A DNA stretch of 38,419 nucleotides from the NCBI GenBank assembly GCA_017421085.1, contig JAFQMU010000187.1, forward strand, positions 1-38,419. Reading direction: 5' to 3'. Made by a program: the position numbers and the translations under genes. A model generated the notes under the pieces. The model did no database searches. It saw only the letters and a program-made list of their open reading frames with translations, and was not told where the DNA came from. The stretch is from Desulfovibrionaceae bacterium. GTDB lineage: Bacteria > Desulfobacterota > Desulfovibrionia > Desulfovibrionales > Desulfovibrionaceae. The number at the start of each line of letters is the position of its first letter. Within the stretch, counting starts at the first letter, position 1. Shown one piece after another: positions 35,383 through 38,419 of the stretch.

Positions 35383-38232
35383 TTACTTGTCAAAGGCCAG
35401 TTTAAGCAATTCATCCACATGATAGACCGGGATAACTTTGATTTTGCGCAACAGTTCTTTCGGCACATCTTCCAGGTCTTTTTCATTTTGCTTGGGAATG
35501 GCCACGCGTTTAAGCCCGCGGGCTACGGCAGCCAGGATTTTTTCCTTGATGCCGCCCACCGGCAGCACCCGACCGCGTAAAGTTATTTCTCCGGTCATGG
35601 CCAGATCGGAAGCCACCGGTTTGCCCGTAAGGGCGGAAACAAGGGTTATCAGCATGGTTACCCCGGCGGAGGGGCCGTCTTTCGGCACTGCCCCGGCAGG
35701 CACATGCACATGGATGTCCATATTTTCCGCAAAGTCGGGATCAATATCCAGCTCTCTGGCTTTGCTGCGGATATAGCTCTTGGCGGCCTGCACGCTTTCT
35801 TTCATTACATCGCCCAGCTGTCCGGTGAGGGTGAGGTTGCCTTTGCCTTTGGCCGTGCTGGCTTCAATAATCAGCACTTCGCCGCCGAAGGGCGTCCAGG
35901 CCAGCCCCTGAGCCAGCCCCGGCGATTTGAGATGTTCGCGGTCATCATTGAGATAGCGCGGGGCGCCGAGCAGTTTATGCAGCACTGCCGTGCTCACCTT
36001 GAACGGCCCTGACTGGCCTTCCGCCTTTTTGCGGGCCAGTTTGCGGCAGACTGAACCGATTTCGCGCTCCAGATTTCTCAGCCCTGCCTCGCGGGTATAG
36101 TCATCAATAATGTGGGTGAGCACATTGTCATTGATTTGGGCTTCGCCCTTGTCCAGTCCGTTTTGTTCTTCCTGACGGGGCAGGAGGTAGCGCCTGGCAA
36201 TGGCCAGTTTTTCCTGCACAGTGTAGCCGGGAAGGGTGATAATTTCCATGCGGTCGCGCAGTGGTGCCGGGATATTGTCAATATAGTTGGCCGTACAGAT
36301 GAACATTACCTTTGAAAGATCGAAAGGCAGGTTCAGATAATGGTCAGTGAAGCTGAAGTTCTGTTCGGGGTCAAGCACCTCCAGCAGGGCGGATGACGGG
36401 TCTCCCCGGAAATCGGCGCCGAGCTTGTCGATTTCATCGAGCATAATCACCGGGTTTCTGGTGCCCGCCTGCTTGAGGGCGTTGATGATGCGTCCGGGCA
36501 TGGCGCCTACGTATGTGCGGCGATGCCCGCGAATTTCCGCCTCATCGCGCATGCCGCCCAGCGACAGCCGCTGGAATTTGCGGTTGAGGGCGCGGGCGAT
36601 GGAGCGCCCCAGCGAAGTTTTGCCCACGCCGGGAGGCCCGACAAAGCAGAGGATGGGGCCCTTTGATTCGGGGTTGAGCTTGCGCACGGAAAGGTACTCC
36701 AAAATTCTGTCCTTGACCTTGCTCAGCCCATAGTGGTCTTCATTGAGAATTTTTTCGGCCAGTGGGATATCCAGCCGGTCTTTCGAGGTCTTTTTCCAGG
36801 GCAGTTCGGCCAGCCATTCCAGATAGGTGCGCACAACCGAGGCTTCGGATGAATCGTTGTGCATTCCGTGCAGACGTTTGAGCTGCCGCTCGGCTTCTTT
36901 TTTGGCCTCCTTGGGCAGGTGGGCTTTTTGCAGGGCTTCAGTCAGAGCTTCCAGTTCGTCCTCTTCGCCGTCAGAGTCGCCAAGTTCCTTGCGGATGGCT
37001 TTAAGTTGTTCACGCAGGAAGTAGTCTTTTTGCGCCTTGTCCATGCCTTCGCGGGCCATGTTTTGAATTTTGGCCTGCACGCTGGCTACTTCAGCTTCCT
37101 TGTTCAGCTGTTCGTTGACCAGGGCCAGGCGTTTGAGCGGATCAAGACATTCGAGAATAGCCTGGGCTTCTTCCACTTTCATGCGGAGATTGGCCGCCAC
37201 CAGATCGGCCATCCGTCCCGGATCATCCACATTGTTCAGCACGCTCATGACTTCAGCCGTGGCAAAGCCGCGCAGGGAAAGAATTTTCTCGCTCTGCTCC
37301 CGAGCGGCGCGCATCATCGCCTCCTGCTCGACAGTGAGTTCAGAGGGCACATCTTCTCCCAGGGGTTCTACCAGGGCGGTGAGATAGGGGCCGCTGTCGT
37401 CCAGGCTGCAAATGCGCCCGCGCCCCACGCCCTGCACCAGCACCTTGAGCTTGCCGTCGGGCATTTTCAGCATGCGCAGAATAATTACTACTGTTCCGAC
37501 TTTATAAAGGTCTTCGGCTCTGGGGTCATCTTTGTTTTCATCGCGCTGGGCCACAATAAACATGAAGCGGTTGCCGTTCAGGGCGGCGTCCACTGCCTGC
37601 ACGGATTTTTCCCTGCCTACAAACAGCGGTAAAATCATGTAGTTGAACACCACAATGTCGCGCACAGGCATTACCGGCAGAACAGGGGGAAATTCCGGCT
37701 CGGCGTCGGGTTTTTCTCCGGAAAATTCATTGGGAGTAAAGATGATGCTTCCTGCCGATGAACCGGGAATGGCATCGCCGGGAGAAGCATTGCCGGAAGA
37801 CCCGGCGGGCGACCGGGGTGATTCAAAATCCGCCGGGGCGTCTGCATTGCGCAGGAAGGGGGGAATATCATCGTCCGAATCGTCCGGGGCATCCGGGTCG
37901 TCAGGGTCCTGGGGGGCGCCGCAAGAGGACGGGTTATAATCTCCTCCGGGGACGTAAACATCTGAATCATGCTCGTCGGCAATCCGGCTGGACGGGGCCG
38001 GAGAATCTGTTTCATCGGGGTTGTCATCGGGCAGCTCGTCAGAGCTTTCGGATGGGGACGGGATATCTTCCGGATTGTCTTCACCAGCGTCATCCTTGTC
38101 AGATGCGAGCATCAGAGCGGAATAATAGTCTTCAAAATATGCAGCCAGTTCTTCCGGCACCTCCAGAATCTGCATTCCGTTTTTATCGAGAAATGATTGC
38201 AGGGCGCGGTCGAATTTTTTATTTCGGGTCAT
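35383..38232 (-). CDS. lon: ATP-dependent Lon protease (LonA) with long acidic N-terminal extension
   Basis: Canonical LonA from about aa 182 ([28 protein letters not shown]). Walker [10 protein letters not shown], catalytic [10 protein letters not shown]-terminal ..IPV..V.E.L. The preceding ~180 codons are open, with a GAGGA SD before the ATG at 38232. Confidence 0.95.
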   Translation of the reverse strand: MTRNKKFDRALQSFLDKNGMQILEVPEELAAYFEDYYSALMLASDKDDAGEDNPEDIPSPSESSDELPDDNPDETDSPAPSSRIADEHDSDVYVPGGDYNPSSCGAPQDPDDPDAPDDSDDDIPPFLRNADAPADFESPRSPAGSSGNASPGDAIPGSSAGSIIFTPNEFSGEKPDAEPEFPPVLPVMPVRDIVVFNYMILPLFVGREKSVQAVDAALNGNRFMFIVAQRDENKDDPRAEDLYKVGTVVIILRMLKMPDGKLKVLVQGVGRGRICSLDDSGPYLTALVEPLGEDVPSELTVEQEAMMRAAREQSEKILSLRGFATAEVMSVLNNVDDPGRMADLVAANLRMKVEEAQAILECLDPLKRLALVNEQLNKEAEVASVQAKIQNMAREGMDKAQKDYFLREQLKAIRKELGDSDGEEDELEALTEALQKAHLPKEAKKEAERQLKRLHGMHNDSSEASVVRTYLEWLAELPWKKTSKDRLDIPLAEKILNEDHYGLSKVKDRILEYLSVRKLNPESKGPILCFVGPPGVGKTSLGRSIARALNRKFQRLSLGGMRDEAEIRGHRRTYVGAMPGRIINALKQAGTRNPVIMLDEIDKLGADFRGDPSSALLEVLDPEQNFSFTDHYLNLPFDLSKVMFICTANYIDNIPAPLRDRMEIITLPGYTVQEKLAIARRYLLPRQEEQNGLDKGEAQINDNVLTHIIDDYTREAGLRNLEREIGSVCRKLARKKAEGQSGPFKVSTAVLHKLLGAPRYLNDDREHLKSPGLAQGLAWTPFGGEVLIIEASTAKGKGNLTLTGQLGDVMKESVQAAKSYIRSKARELDIDPDFAENMDIHVHVPAGAVPKDGPSAGVTMLITLVSALTGKPVASDLAMTGEITLRGRVLPVGGIKEKILAAVARGLKRVAIPKQNEKDLEDVPKELLRKIKVIPVYHVDELLKLAFDK

Positions 38233-38419
38233 AATGTCAATCCTCAGTTTGGAATAATTCCCTACTCATGGCAAGTCTGTTAATGAAATGGGCGCACCGC
38301 AGGCGAATTTGAGGAACAAATCGCCGCAGCGGCATGGTTTTGCCACAATATTCAGGGCAACTCAATATAAATTAAGCCTTATATCGTGTTAAGCAAGACC
38401 TGAACCCTTGAAAAACAGG

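Noticed and set aside
36859-37632. A 257-aa plus-strand ORF inside lon.
   Set aside because: It is antisense to the conserved Lon AAA+ region and has no independent coding signal or motifs.

Overview
Moderately GC-rich chromosomal window whose gene content suggests an anaerobic, Desulfovibrionales-like bacterium (inferred from content only). I support 29 protein-coding genes (22 on the minus strand), two gene remnants, one tRNA-Lys(CUU), one TPP riboswitch, several hairpin terminators and a few sigma70-like promoters. Housekeeping and metabolic genes: proA, nadD, thiC, ald, lon, a K+-independent-type membrane pyrophosphatase (hppA), two Fe-type alcohol dehydrogenases, an SSF symporter, a ferredoxin-nitroreductase fusion, a metallophosphoesterase, a YkgJ Cys-cluster protein, an MBL-fold hydrolase and a HesB/IscA-like protein. 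Envelope or motility-associated genes: a co-directional run of TPR, STAS, FapA, Maf/CgeB-like glycosyltransferase and GT9; a vWA-OmpA plus TolA-like pair; a Skp-like lipoprotein. I found no CRISPR array, intact mobile element, integrase or recognisable defence operon. I cannot point to a convincing novel multi-gene system. The only accessory DNA is two scars: a frameshifted DNA-methyltransferase N-terminal fragment (9828-10060) and a possible phage portal-like fragment just 3' of tRNA-Lys. Best leads for something undescribed: (1) a ~440-nt leader upstream of hppA with a near-consensus promoter, a ~200-nt multi-hairpin RNA and an internal intrinsic terminator; (2) an orphan protein made of two tandem ~60-aa repeats next to the tRNA scar; (3) Lon with a ~180-aa acidic/Pro-rich N-terminal extension; (4) clusters of N-X-S/T sequons in low-complexity segments of two periplasm-facing proteins; (5) an exported TreY/GH13-like lipoprotein with apparently degenerate catalytic motifs. 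Every homology call comes from motif recognition by eye and needs a database search.
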